Of a DNA stretch of 33,237 nt, positions 1 to 11,200 are shown piece by piece. The notes beneath the pieces were generated by a model. It worked only from the letters and a program-made list of their open reading frames with translations. It was not told the origin of the DNA and did no database searches. The position numbers were made by a program, and so were the translations under genes. The stretch is taken from the NCBI GenBank assembly GCA_000934665.2, contig KZ539114.1, positions 1 through 33,237 on the forward strand, in the 5' to 3' direction. Every line of letters begins with the position of its first letter. Within the stretch, counting starts at the first letter, position 1. This stretch comes from Catajapyx aquilonaris (lineage: Eukaryota).

Positions 1-137
1 CGGTCGCGTATGTTTCCCTGATTTTAGCCCTTCTTATTAACATTCCAATTCTAGACTCTCATTTGATTAGCAAGTCGCTTCATTTCCACCTTAATAAACT
101 AAACAAGAGTGAAACCTTTCTGGCTTGCCAGGTGCAG

Positions 138-3100
138 ATGTTACAGTCTGAAATCATGTTATCAATTGAAAGGTATCCCAAAAACAGCACGTTAAAAAAG
201 GAACTCTTCAGAAGAAGTGAAATACCATTTATATTTCACCAGCTTGCAGTTCAATGAAATATTTCCCATAAATCCCATAAATCAACTATTGCTAGTCCTG
301 AGATTTTATGCCACTGGCACCTTTCAAGTGTCGCTCTCTCCACCTCCGAGACTTGCTGACTAGCATTTATTTACACCCCCTAAACACTCGCGCAGCAGTT
401 CAAACCAGTTCTGGGCGATGGGGAGGACTCGAAATGTGGCAATGGCGCAATTCTATTGGGGGAGTGGGGTTTGGCTAGTAACCGAGGGTTGGAAAGCGTT
501 TGTGAAATGCGCAAACTCAGAAGGGGAGTTTAAACGGAATCCAGCATGTAGACGCAACCCAGTTCAAACTGACTTGAACCACTGTTCGAGAAATCAGCCC
601 AAAAGGATGTTTTAGTCAAGACAGTATAGAAATTTCAGGGGATTTTGGGAAAGTTTCTCAATAAAAACTTAAGAGTTCATATGAAAACCATGTATGATGT
701 TAGGCAAAGTACAGTACTGACGGCCCAAGTCAAAACCCTGTATCTCGTCTTTTTGTCATTTTGAGATATTTGTGTTTGAAGTTTTTTGTTTCCATTATCG
801 TATATGGAAGTGCATGATTTCAATTGGCCATTACTTTGCAAGGGTTGTTCCTACAGTTATGGGCATTGTACCAACAGGTGCTGCTTGCAAAGAGGAGTGC
901 AATGATGCATTTATCTCCATTTACATGACTTTCAGAGATACAGGGGCCATCAGAGTAGTTATCGGTTGTTATACATTGGATAAAGTATGGAACCTTGTGG
1001 TTGTTACGTACAGTATGTATAACAACCAATAACTACTCTTTCCCGAAATCCCCTGAAATTTCTATACTGTCTTGACTAAAACATCCTTTTGGGCTGATTT
1101 CTCGAACAGTGGCTCAAGTCAGTTTGAACTGGGTTTGCGTCTACACGCTGGATTCCGTTTAAACTCCCCTTCCGAGTTTGCGCATTTCACAAACGTTTTC
1201 CAACCCTCGGTTACTAGCCAAACTTCACTCCCCCAATAGAATTGCGCCGTTGCCACATTTCGAGTCCTCCCCATCGCCCAGAACTGGTTTGAACTGCTGT
1301 GCGAGTGTTTAGGGGGTGTAAATAAATGCTAGTCAGCAAGTCTCGGAGGTGGAGAGAGCGACATTTGAAAGGTGCCAGTGGCATAAAATCTCAGGGCTAG
1401 CAGTAGTTGATTTATGGGAGAGACAATGCTATTGCGCCTGGTGGAATGATGTTTACACAGTATACAAAAATGAAACTGGACATCAAATAAACTTTGTGTT
1501 TAATGCAAGACTATACATTCAGTAAAAAGGGAGGCGGAGTGGCGCTGTGGTAACGTACGTGCCCGCGGATGTTAAGGTCCCGGGTTAGATCCCAGCCCGG
1601 GGACACCCCCTTCATCTCGTGCAGAGTTCAGGGTCACTTCTGGCTTCGTCTCGGGTGGTATTTCCACAGACTAAACCACCCGGGGGAGTTCACTAAAAAT
1701 GGCCACCACGTCAGATGCACTGCACTTGCACATCCCCTCCTGTCATCCTGCCCGTGGGCCCGGGCGCTTCTCAATGGCTCCGACTTGTACACTATGTACG
1801 ATCAAATACAGTAAAACTTCTATAAGTCGAAGTTCTCTATAAGTCGAAGAAAATAATGATCTTGGTTGGTCACAATGTAAAAGAATAGGAAATAAACTTC
1901 CCTAACTCGAATTTCTATAACTCGAAGTTCTCCATAACTCAAAGTTCTCCATAACTCGAAGTGCTGGCAGGGCCTTACGATGGGATATCAATGCACTTTC
2001 AGTCTCCCTAAGTCGAAGTTCATGTTGGCGAGTACGGAAAATTTTCTCATTTCCCAGCCGAAGGGTTGAGAGTAGCCCACGTGTGCAGAAAGGCTCAATT
2101 TCCTGATCTCCGTCTACCAGACGTACCAAAAGAAGTGTTTGACTCGATTGTGACAATTGAATCCTTGAATCTAAGAGTAGGCAAATGTCCACAACGGAGA
2201 TTTTTTTTTTTTTTTTACAACAAAACAACAAGGTACATTGTAAGTGTGATAGTGACAGTTATTTTTAAGTTTTGAGCATTTTTAGTCGCTGGATATAAAG
2301 TTAGGCGTCCTTATAGAGTTATGTGCTTTAAAAAATCCAAACTTCTCTGATTCGACTTATAGAAGTTTTACTGTAATAAAGGTCCGTGCCGAACGCCAAA
2401 AGGTGAAGCACTACCCCCACAATTATTTATTATTATTATTACATTCAGTAAATGATAATGCACTGGTTTCTTATGCTGTAATGATACAATTATGGCCATC
2501 GACAAAAATATTTCCCCCACCCATAATTAATCTGTCATACCTCCCCTACGTGCACAAGCCTCCTGCTGGGTGGTCAGTATATTATAGATGCTTTTGTCTG
2601 AAAAAAATGCAATTTTGTTTTTGTATTAGAAATTCCAGCATTTGTACTGTGTACAAGTCCAAAATTATGGCACGCAGCATGTGCTCACTTCTCTGGGCGG
2701 GGTGTTGTAATCCGCGGCCAGCGCACGATCCCAGACCGATTCCATTTTTCTTATCTCTCCTCCCGGCACTGCAAACCCGGTTTATTCCCAATAATGGCCG
2801 TCAGCCGGACCGTCAGATGTGAACCGAGTTTAAACTGCATCCGAGGTTTACTTTTGCCTCGAGAAATGGGAATATCTCTGAACTGGGATTAAACCGGACC
2901 TGAAGCAGGTTTACATTTGAACCACTGTTCAAGAAATCAGCCCTTAGAGTTTAGACCTATTCAGACCTTTGTGCCCTTCTGTTGTCATGCGTAATCTTGA
3001 ATTAGGTTAAAATGACGATTTACTCTTAGAGAGACAGACATATTTCAGTTAATATGGAGTAGGTCGTGGTCTCTTGCTACACAAATCGAAACATTTTGTT

Positions 3101-4509
3101 TGTGGGATGCTTGCAGGATTTTCTGTATGTCAATGTAACAGTTTCCTGCATTCATTCGCTTAAATGTGATGGTCCAAGTAACAATGTGCACAGAACAGCG
3201 GCCATTTTCAATTCTGATTTTTCCAGAAAAATTTCAGATGCCATTGACGTCTGCTATTTTCCACTGCCTGAATTTTTTACCTGACATGGGGCTCTGCTGG
3301 GAAAATGTGTACTTCTCTCATTTTGTTGAATTTTTGACTGTATGTTTTTGTGGAAAAAAACACATTCAATTGTTAATTCTTGATATGTAACGTAGGTCTC
3401 TTGAGTTGCTGAACCAAGGTGCGCTTATTTTCAGTTGCAGGTGGCAGGGAGTGATAGAAACTGAAAGCAGCTTGAACCAGGCCCTAGATGACATTAACAA
3501 ACAACTTGAACACATCACCAGCTGTGCCTTCTTCACCCTGGTATTTGTTTGCACCAATAGATGTCAATTTCTGATTATTTTTCTGCTTTGCATTTTGCCT
3601 GCTTGTTGTAGTGTGTTGCAGACTTGATGGTTTTGGTTTTTATTCATTTCTTGGTAAAGAGAACAGCACAACACTAGTGCTTGCCATGACACTGACACTC
3701 TGCTCATTCATGATAGAGTTGGCCCAAGCTAAGTTTCCATGGGTTATTGTGGAATTTTGAGGTACAATAATTGCCAGTCACAGATGGAACCAGGGATACA
3801 TGATGCCCTATTGAATATGAGAACATTCACCTGGCAACTCTGCGTGGTGGATGTCTTATATGTATGATATATTGATTTAAGAAACATCTTCATTACAAAT
3901 GGATATGAGGTATTACCCTAAGTGAGATAAGGTGCAATTTTTGATTAAGCACAATATTCTAAGTTAACTACGCTTTTTGCAGTGTGGCTTGTAAATTACT
4001 CTGTTCTGCCTGGAGGGAGGAGGAGAGCATGCTTGGTTGGGCGCTTGCAGAAGCATTTTAAATATTTGTTCATGAAATTCAGCAGATAAAAGCTGGAAAA
4101 TCATAAAATGTGTCATAGTGAATAGGTTCACATTTTATTATATAAACAAATGCAGCACAGGATAAAGGATGTGGAAGGGGGAAGGATGCTGTAAAAGGAA
4201 GGGGAGGCCACTCAGACATACCTTGGGCCAACTATATCCCTTGTTGGTTAGGTTTCTTGTACGTTCTATGGTCTGTGGCATGCATGTGTTTCACAGTGAA
4301 AAATTGCTTTTCTCAAAAATTTGTCCTTGATTTATGTGGCTACATATATTCCACTAGTAGTCGTACAATAATGTTTCTTCTCATTTCAGCCTCTCCCAAC
4401 TGTTACACAGTCCATCGAATATTGGAACAAACAACTGTTTTTCTTCCTTTCATCATCTAAGCTGTTGCCATTGCTACCAGAATGTCAGCCACAACTGGAC
4501 TGCCCCTGA
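138..4509 (+). CDS. Candidate spliced upstream ORF in the PDK1 leader: join(138..172,3441..3540,4390..4509), 84 aa, unknown function; may extend 5' of the window
   Basis: Three exon-like segments with AG/GT boundaries and matching phases give a stop-free frame ending at TGA 4507-4509. No homologue recognised. Confidence 0.4.
274..1418. mobile_element. Foldback-type non-autonomous DNA element with ~380-bp inverted arms (274-653 / 1038-1418)
   Basis: Arms are near-identical reverse complements (CCCATAAATCAACTA... / ...TAGTTGATTTATGGG); 384-bp spacer; TSD unclear. Confidence 0.85.
1527..2439 (+). mobile_element. tRNA-derived SINE (family 1) interrupted by a MITE
   Basis: A box TGGCGCTGTGG, B-box-like GGTTAGATCCC, (TTA)n tail, 13-bp TSD TACATTCAGTAAA at 1514-1526 and 2440-2452. 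Confidence 0.85.
1809..2373. mobile_element. Tc1/mariner-superfamily (pogo/Tigger-like) MITE
   Basis: 23-bp perfect TIR CAGTAAAACTTCTATAAGTCGAA, TA TSD, internal TAACTCGAAG repeats; second copy at 32105. Confidence 0.9.
2820..2943. mobile_element. One end of a PIF/Harbinger-type element
   Basis: GGTTTACATTTGAACCACTGTTCAAGAAATCAGCCC followed by TTA; same terminus family as 11023-11158. Confidence 0.65.
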
Positions 4510-4763
4510 AATTAGTCACTCGTGAACCCAACCACATATCTCCTTCAAAAGGTGATGAGGTACAAGACTGGAAGATGTTGGGAACTAGTGCCAGTGAAGA
4601 CGCTGCTCCATCCTCGCCCATTTCACCACGGGTAGCCCAGACAAGTGTCACGCGAGCATCAGATGGAGCTCAAGGGAGTCCATCATCATCACCGGCGTCA
4701 ACCAAAAAAGGACCCAATGACTTCATATTTGGGAAAGTTATTGGTGAAGGAAGCTTTTCAACA
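4482..4763 (+). CDS. PDPK1: PDK1 coding exon 1 (Ser/Pro-rich N-terminus, Gly-rich loop)
   Basis: [20 protein letters not shown] then donor GTGAGT at 4764. Confidence 0.9.
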
Positions 4764-7700
4764 GTGAGTGTCATTCATTTCAATGGATTATTCATGACAA
4801 ATTTAATGTATGTGCCTGTACGTTTGTCTAGTGGAATGAAGTTTTAGCTGCATGAGGGCTTCAGAGTCAGAATGGTTATCCATATCACACTAGTAGAGGG
4901 AGAGGTATAGAGGTTTCCAGTGGTCTTGAATGAATGTGACAACAATATACATAATGTCATTCTCAGAAAGTACTCTTAAGCAGAATTCAGCCTATATTCA
5001 CTGGTGGAAGGGATTTGTTGCAAGATTGATTTTATTGCTGCAGGCAATAATTTTAAATGGCAATTGTGGCTGGTATATCCTAAGCCAAAGTGAAACTTTA
5101 TTTTTCTTGTCCTAATTTTCTGAGTTACAAAAGTCAGAGTGGGAAATTGGCAAGTTTGCAGTTTTTTCGACTTTGAAATGTCCTCAGGGGGAAATAGGAA
5201 GGTGCAGGAAATTTAATTTTAATTTTTACAGCAATGGCAAACCATGCTCAATTTTCTGAGTGGCAGTTGGCTTAGATTGTGACAAAATAGCAGTAACTGC
5301 AAAATGTTAAAGCTATGCTGATAGCTTTTGAAGGAAGAATGAGTTTGTGTGGCTGAACTCAGAACAGAAGGGATTGTGGCATTTTGGTATAGGATTTTTA
5401 GTCACACCCATGATGCTGGATTGGGCCAATGATATTTTTTATGCTGACAATACTGCCATCAAGGAGTTAAAATTGAGGCGCTTAGAACAAAAGTGGCCCA
5501 AGTCCAAAAATGCAATTTTCGAAATAGGACTGCCATCACATTTAGAGAACTACTCCAAGTTGGTAAAAAAAAATTGTATAAATCCTTAGTTGGATATTTG
5601 GGCAGTAAATGACATAATGTCATTTACGCTCCAAGGAGAGTTGCCTACCCCATGGAGTAATCCTGGTGCAAGTCCCATACCAGCTGTTAAAGATAGCCGA
5701 CGAAGATCCAAGTGATATTTCTGTGGGGATCTGTACGGACAAAATAATATTGTGTATGACAAATAATAAGTGTGTGGCTGGCAGTTTTGGCATGTTTAAA
5801 ATTATGTTGTGAATTTGCGAATTTTAAATATTTGCTGAAAATTTCTTTCTCTAAAATTTTTTATTGAAATTAATTTTTACTAAAATCATTTTTGTTTAAA
5901 TTGAGGAATGATCAAGGGAAATTTTATAAATACAGAGTGGACCAACTTCAAGTGTCGTTTTATAACGGCAATTAATAGCAGTGATTTTGTGATGACGTAG
6001 CAGCGACGTGTAAAATGTCCCACTTCGGCGCCATCGAAAATATTAGCTGCCAATAGCAGCTCACGTGTAATCAACCCTGCTGCTGGGTTGACCTGGAAAA
6101 AAGTAGGTGCGCACATGACCTGAGATGCGCCTGGGTGAAATGGGTGACGCCCAAGGCACCAGATGGCCCTATAAAGCATTACATGTGTGCTGCTATTGGC
6201 AGCTAATATTTTTGATGACGCCGAAGTGGGCCATTTTACACGTCGCTGCTACGTCAATCGTAAAGCGCTTCTATTAATAGCCGTTATAAAACGACACTTG
6301 AAGTTGGTCCACCCTGTACAGTTGAGACCAGATATAACAGCCTCGGCTATAACGGACTCGAAAGCACTCGAAAGGACTCGAAAGGATCCCCATAATTATG
6401 GCTTGTGTATTCGGCTATAACAGACCTCGGTTATAACAAGACTGATTTTCGCGGTCCCTTGAAGTCTATTATATCCGGATTGAATTGTATTACACCCAGT
6501 CAACAATGGTGTAAGTCCATGATTCTGTCAGATCATTATGGTGTAAGTCACATATGATTTTTTATCAATAAATCAGTTTTTTTTTTTTGTTACAGTAGCA
6601 ATACGTCTAAAAAAGACTGCCATGTAATTATTGCCAATCTGACATAATATGGATCCAGACATATGATTTCCCTTATTTCTATGACCTTTCAAACTTGCAG
6701 GCAAATTATCCCAACTTGAGCTTTTTGGACTTGGGCCACTTTTGTTCTAAGCCCCTCAATTGTCATGTACCAAGTCTATCTCAGACATGCACATGAGCAA
6801 AACAAGATTGGCAAATCACACGAGCAGGATTCGAATAGACTTTTTCTCATTGCCTAGGACAGTGGTTCCCAAACTTTTTTTGTCGCATACCCCTTTTCAA
6901 ATATGTCAAGACAGTTTGTACCCACACTCTTGACCTGTTACCTGAAAATAGTAATTATGGGCACTTACAGTTGGATGTGCTTTCTTTCGCACTTATGGTT
7001 AATATTGGGTACAAACGGCGTCAATTTAAGCGTGTGGTCTTTCTCAACACAGAGTGGATCACGGTAGTTTGTTTTCCTGGACATTAGTGCAAAAAACAGC
7101 TTCACATAATATATTAGATAGTTAGTAAATGGTATTAAGTACTTCAAAGCACAGGTTGCCAGGCCCATAGTCTTTCATTGTTCAGCCCAAAATTTCACAA
7201 GAATTATTTGCCCACATTCAAATTTCAAACTTCCATTCGTAGAAATTTTGATGATCTTTTCCTGATTCTGCACTGACGTGTTCGAGATGGTTAACAAAAT
7301 CTCAAACTTCTGATCCAATAATAATTGATTGGCATGCTCATCTAGAAAAAATAATTTCTAAACTGTCGCGCCAATTGATTCATGTTCTCCAATATGTTGG
7401 CTTGGACACTAACCTCCACTGGGCCTCCACTGTCGCTTTGAAATACTTGTAGTGTTGGAAAGAATGCAAAGTTGCTATCTTGTACACAATGTTCCCAAAA
7501 CTCAAATTTTTAAATTATTCCTTCGATTTGGTTTTGCACATTAAATACATTGGCGGTGATGTCTTGAAGCCCCGAGTTTCATTCTTTGAGACTAGGAAAT
7601 TTTTAGGCCAGGTAGATCTGCAGCCAGAGTTTATTTTTAAATCTTTCACAACTTCGCAAAGCGCAATGGTAGAATTGAACCAGTTGTTCGAGGTAACACT

Positions 7701-8267
7701 GCCATGTTGCTTCTTGAGTTTCAACAGGTGTGCTGAATGAAAATGGCATCAGTCAGAAAATGCTTCTGCATATAATAAATCTTCACTAAAATAATAATAG
7801 CAAAAAGAAAGATGGGAATGAGAAGGACCATTTTTTGTTATTCTCAGATGTTGGTTCATTCTTGTTGAATCAGAATGTGGTTCCCACAAAATGTAGACGT
7901 CCCGTCTACATTTTGCAATTGCATGAAATCTTTCGCGTACCCCAGTTTGAAAACCACTGGCCTAGGAAATTCAAACTGGACAACAAAACCGATTGTTGTC
8001 AGCCTCATTTCTCATTTCCAAGGAACCCCAAGAACACCTGGCCCTGGACTTGACCTTGGCTGATAGAGTGTACCCGGAAAACTGGAAGTGTCCGGTCACA
8101 ATAAGTTGACCATGAAAGCTATTTAGAGGCCGCTGAATGCGAATCTGAAAACTGTTCGTTGCTATCTTATGCGGTTTAGGCCCTGATACCTGTCCACGGA
8201 CGGACGGATGGACGGAAGCGTTCTGTAATACGTTTTTTTTGCAAAGAAAAGGCCTGAAAATAAGACA

Positions 8268-8298
<31 letters not shown>

Positions 8299-11200
8299 AG
8301 AACAAAAGGCGAAACTAATTAGGCAGACCTCCATAATAACCTGGCAGTCAATGAAAGCAGGCAATCAAGCATGCACAACCACTATTGTGCTGCCTTTTGG
8401 ACTATTGAAGCCTGTGAGATCAAATGTATCATTTAATTTTGGCAAATTCATTAATAAAATGTTTTAAACCTTTTATATAAAAGGATATGTGGGCTGCTTA
8501 TCAATTCTAAGTTTTAACCCTCCAACGGTGACGTGGGCACTTTTTGTGTATTTTGTGTTTTTGTGTATTTTCGCTATAACATTGAAAATCTCTCGCATAT
8601 GAGCGTCATCTTTTAGGACATCTTAGTTTGACTCCTTTTGTGATTACGGACATTTAGTTTAAATTTTTAGAGTAAATAGCACGATCAGGAAAAAAATAAT
8701 TATGTACCGATGCGATGAGTAGTTGGGCCAAGACTGCATTCCATCACTTCCTGCTTTCCAGTACTGATAAGCTCAGGTCCCCCCTCTGGAAAGCTTAGTG
8801 ATTCATGAAGCCAGCTCTGGTTTTGGGCTTTGGAAAGGAAACCAGTTCGGCCCAGGTGACACACGTGCATTAGGCCTATGGCTCCAAATATGCATCAGTG
8901 TATTTGCATAATTGATTTTTTTACGTTCGTACTATCTGCTCAAAAATTATAAACTAAAAGCCATTCAACGCAGAAGGAATCAACCCGAGATTGTTTCAAA
9001 GATGAAGTCCAAAATGTGCTGTATTTCCCAAGTTATAACAAAAAACGTGACTTGGTCACAAAAAGTGCCCACGTCACCAGAGGAAGAACTTCCTTCGTGT
9101 CACTGTCATAGGGTTTTTAAAAATGATACTGATGACACACAAGAGCGGCTATAATTGAAAATCCAAATTTTTTTTGCAAGAAAATTTTTGGGCTGCAGTC
9201 ACACAGACCTGATCGGATATTATGATTTGGTATCTTGTGTTACTCTTGAAGTTGTTCTCCACCATACAAAATCAGATCTACCCATCCTAATCTACAAAAG
9301 CTGTAAAATTGTATTATAACATGAGACAATTTCTGAGAGCCAGGAGCAGTTCAATTAATGAGATTGATAATTGGGAAATGCTGGTTAGTAGTTGCACAAT
9401 GTGCCCCCCTTCAAGTAAGTTAGTAAGGTATTACAATGGTCTGACATGACTGTTCACAATAGATTTACAATTTGACTATGAAAATAAGTATCTATCTACC
9501 ATTGCTGTAAAAGTTGAGAAAATTTGTCGCACCTTAAAATTCTTCCTGGGCCATTTCAAAGTTGGAAAAATTACAAATTCGCCAATTTCATACCCAGAGT
9601 CTCTCAACTCAGAAAACAGATGGGAAGAAACTGACTTATTCTTCTGATGTTATTAGCCATAATTTCCATGAAAAATAATTGCCTGCAGCAACAAAATAGA
9701 GCCTATGCCATTAACAAAACAGTGATGCCTAATGGCTTATCGATTACTGTCACCACAGCTAACAGATTAGGGTAGGAGGAACAGTGATATGTGAATGATT
9801 GATTTTTGAAAACGGCACAATGTAGGAGTTCTGACATAGTTTTGCAGAGTGAAGCGTGTTCTGTGATTACGAAGAGGCTGAAGACTGCTGTGGTAGACCA
9901 TGCTACAGTCACAAATGGCTCCATTTTTGGAGGATTTAAATATTTAAGCAAAATTTTGATGGCTCGTATGGAGCCTAAGGGTGTTTTGGGTGTGACTAAT
10001 CTACATTGTTGAAATCAGAATTTTATGCTCTTTCATGCACACTAGGTTTGGTCACTCCCCAAATATAGCATGCTGAGCAAAAAGATTTGGATGCTAATTG
10101 CAGAAAGATCAATAGTTCATAGGCTTGCTGGTGGATGCTGGTAGGATGAGGCCACTGTGTAGTATTGATGCGAGGTAGGCGCAAAAGCTACGTAAGTCGG
10201 GGGCTGTCTGTACTTGTCTTTTTCTTCATGTTTTGTACCCTGTAAGTGTTTTTGTTGATGTCAATGCCTGCCAAGACAGCCCATTGACAAACTTTTGTAA
10301 GCAAGGAGGTGGAGAAGGCTAGTTGCAGGTTTGGTTTTTTAATTGCAGGAGTGGAGACTAAAGTGAAAAGGTATAATAACCATTGGTTTTCACCTGTGAG
10401 TTGGGTACTGCAGAGTCATGTCCTGCTACCCATATCACCTGGAATGCCAGGGAACTCTTAGTCATTTCATGACCATCTCCATCTTTTTGCTCACAGTGGT
10501 ACCTCTATTGTATCATAGATGCAAGAGAATCTTACCATTCTTCTTCTTTACACCTTGGGATATGTACATCAAGGAAATTGTTCCTACTGGGATGACATCT
10601 AAAATAGCCATGTTGCACCTATTGCACTGTGATAAGAGATTAACTTCTAACCATTTCTTCATTTTTCTTTGCAGGTGTATTTAGCTAAGGATGTTCAGAG
10701 TGGACGTGAATATGCAAGTAAGTTGCCACAATTTGGAAATGATATTATCTCACTTGTTAGTTCAAGTGTCAGAACCTTCTGCATTTCAGTTAAAGTATGT
10801 GATAAGCGCCACATTCTACGTGAAAAGAAAACGGAGTATGTGAAACGGGAGAAAGAAGCACTGACAATCCTAAGTGCAAATAGCAAAGTTCATGTTCCAT
10901 TCTTTGTGAAGCTGTTCTGCACGTTTCAGGATTTGGATCGCTTGTGTATCCTTTGTGAATGACAATGGAAGACAAACTGTATGTCCACAGTGTGGCTAAA
11001 ATATATATATTGTGTGAACTCAGGGCCGTTTTCTCGAACAGTGGTTCAAATGTAAACCGGGTTCAAAGCCAGTTTAATCCCTGATTTGATTGTTGTTAGG
11101 CTGTTGTCAAGGGTTTAAACCGGGTTTACATTTGAACCACTGTTCGAGAAAACGGCCCTCAGTAAATCAAGTCTGGCTTGATTGCCCTTTTTATTAATTG

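Larger units (their letters stand above)
5475..6757. mobile_element. Sola-like non-autonomous DNA transposon hosting two nested MITEs
   Basis: ~36-bp TIR GAGG(C/G)GCTTAGAACAAAAGTGGCCCAAGTCCAAAAA, GAG..CTC ends, 4-bp TSD AATT on both sides. Confidence 0.8.

Noticed and set aside
173..180. GTATCCCA as a U12 donor
   Set aside because: Mismatch at +7/+8 and no TCCTTRAC box before the 3440 acceptor; treated as a U2 donor
1529..1610. tRNA-like sequences (also 13830-13903 and 20480-20555)
   Set aside because: They have A/B boxes but continue into SINE bodies with tails and TSDs; not tRNA genes
1815..2020. Spaced TAACTCGAAG/TAAGTCGAAG repeats as a CRISPR-like array
   Set aside because: Irregular short internal repeats of a MITE in eukaryotic DNA; no spacers or cas genes
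3488..4481. ATG 3488 (MTLTNNLNTSPAVPSSP) as an N-terminal extension of PDK1
   Set aside because: Splicing to 4481 creates TG|A, a stop immediately before the ATG; the other acceptors are out of frame
5886..6420. Two similar ORFs on opposite strands (LLLAANIFD..)
   Set aside because: Artefact of the MITE's inverted repeats
8030..8260. (GGAC)n-containing segment resembling a Helentron/DINE-type element (also 16930-17243)
   Set aside because: Termini could not be defined with confidence
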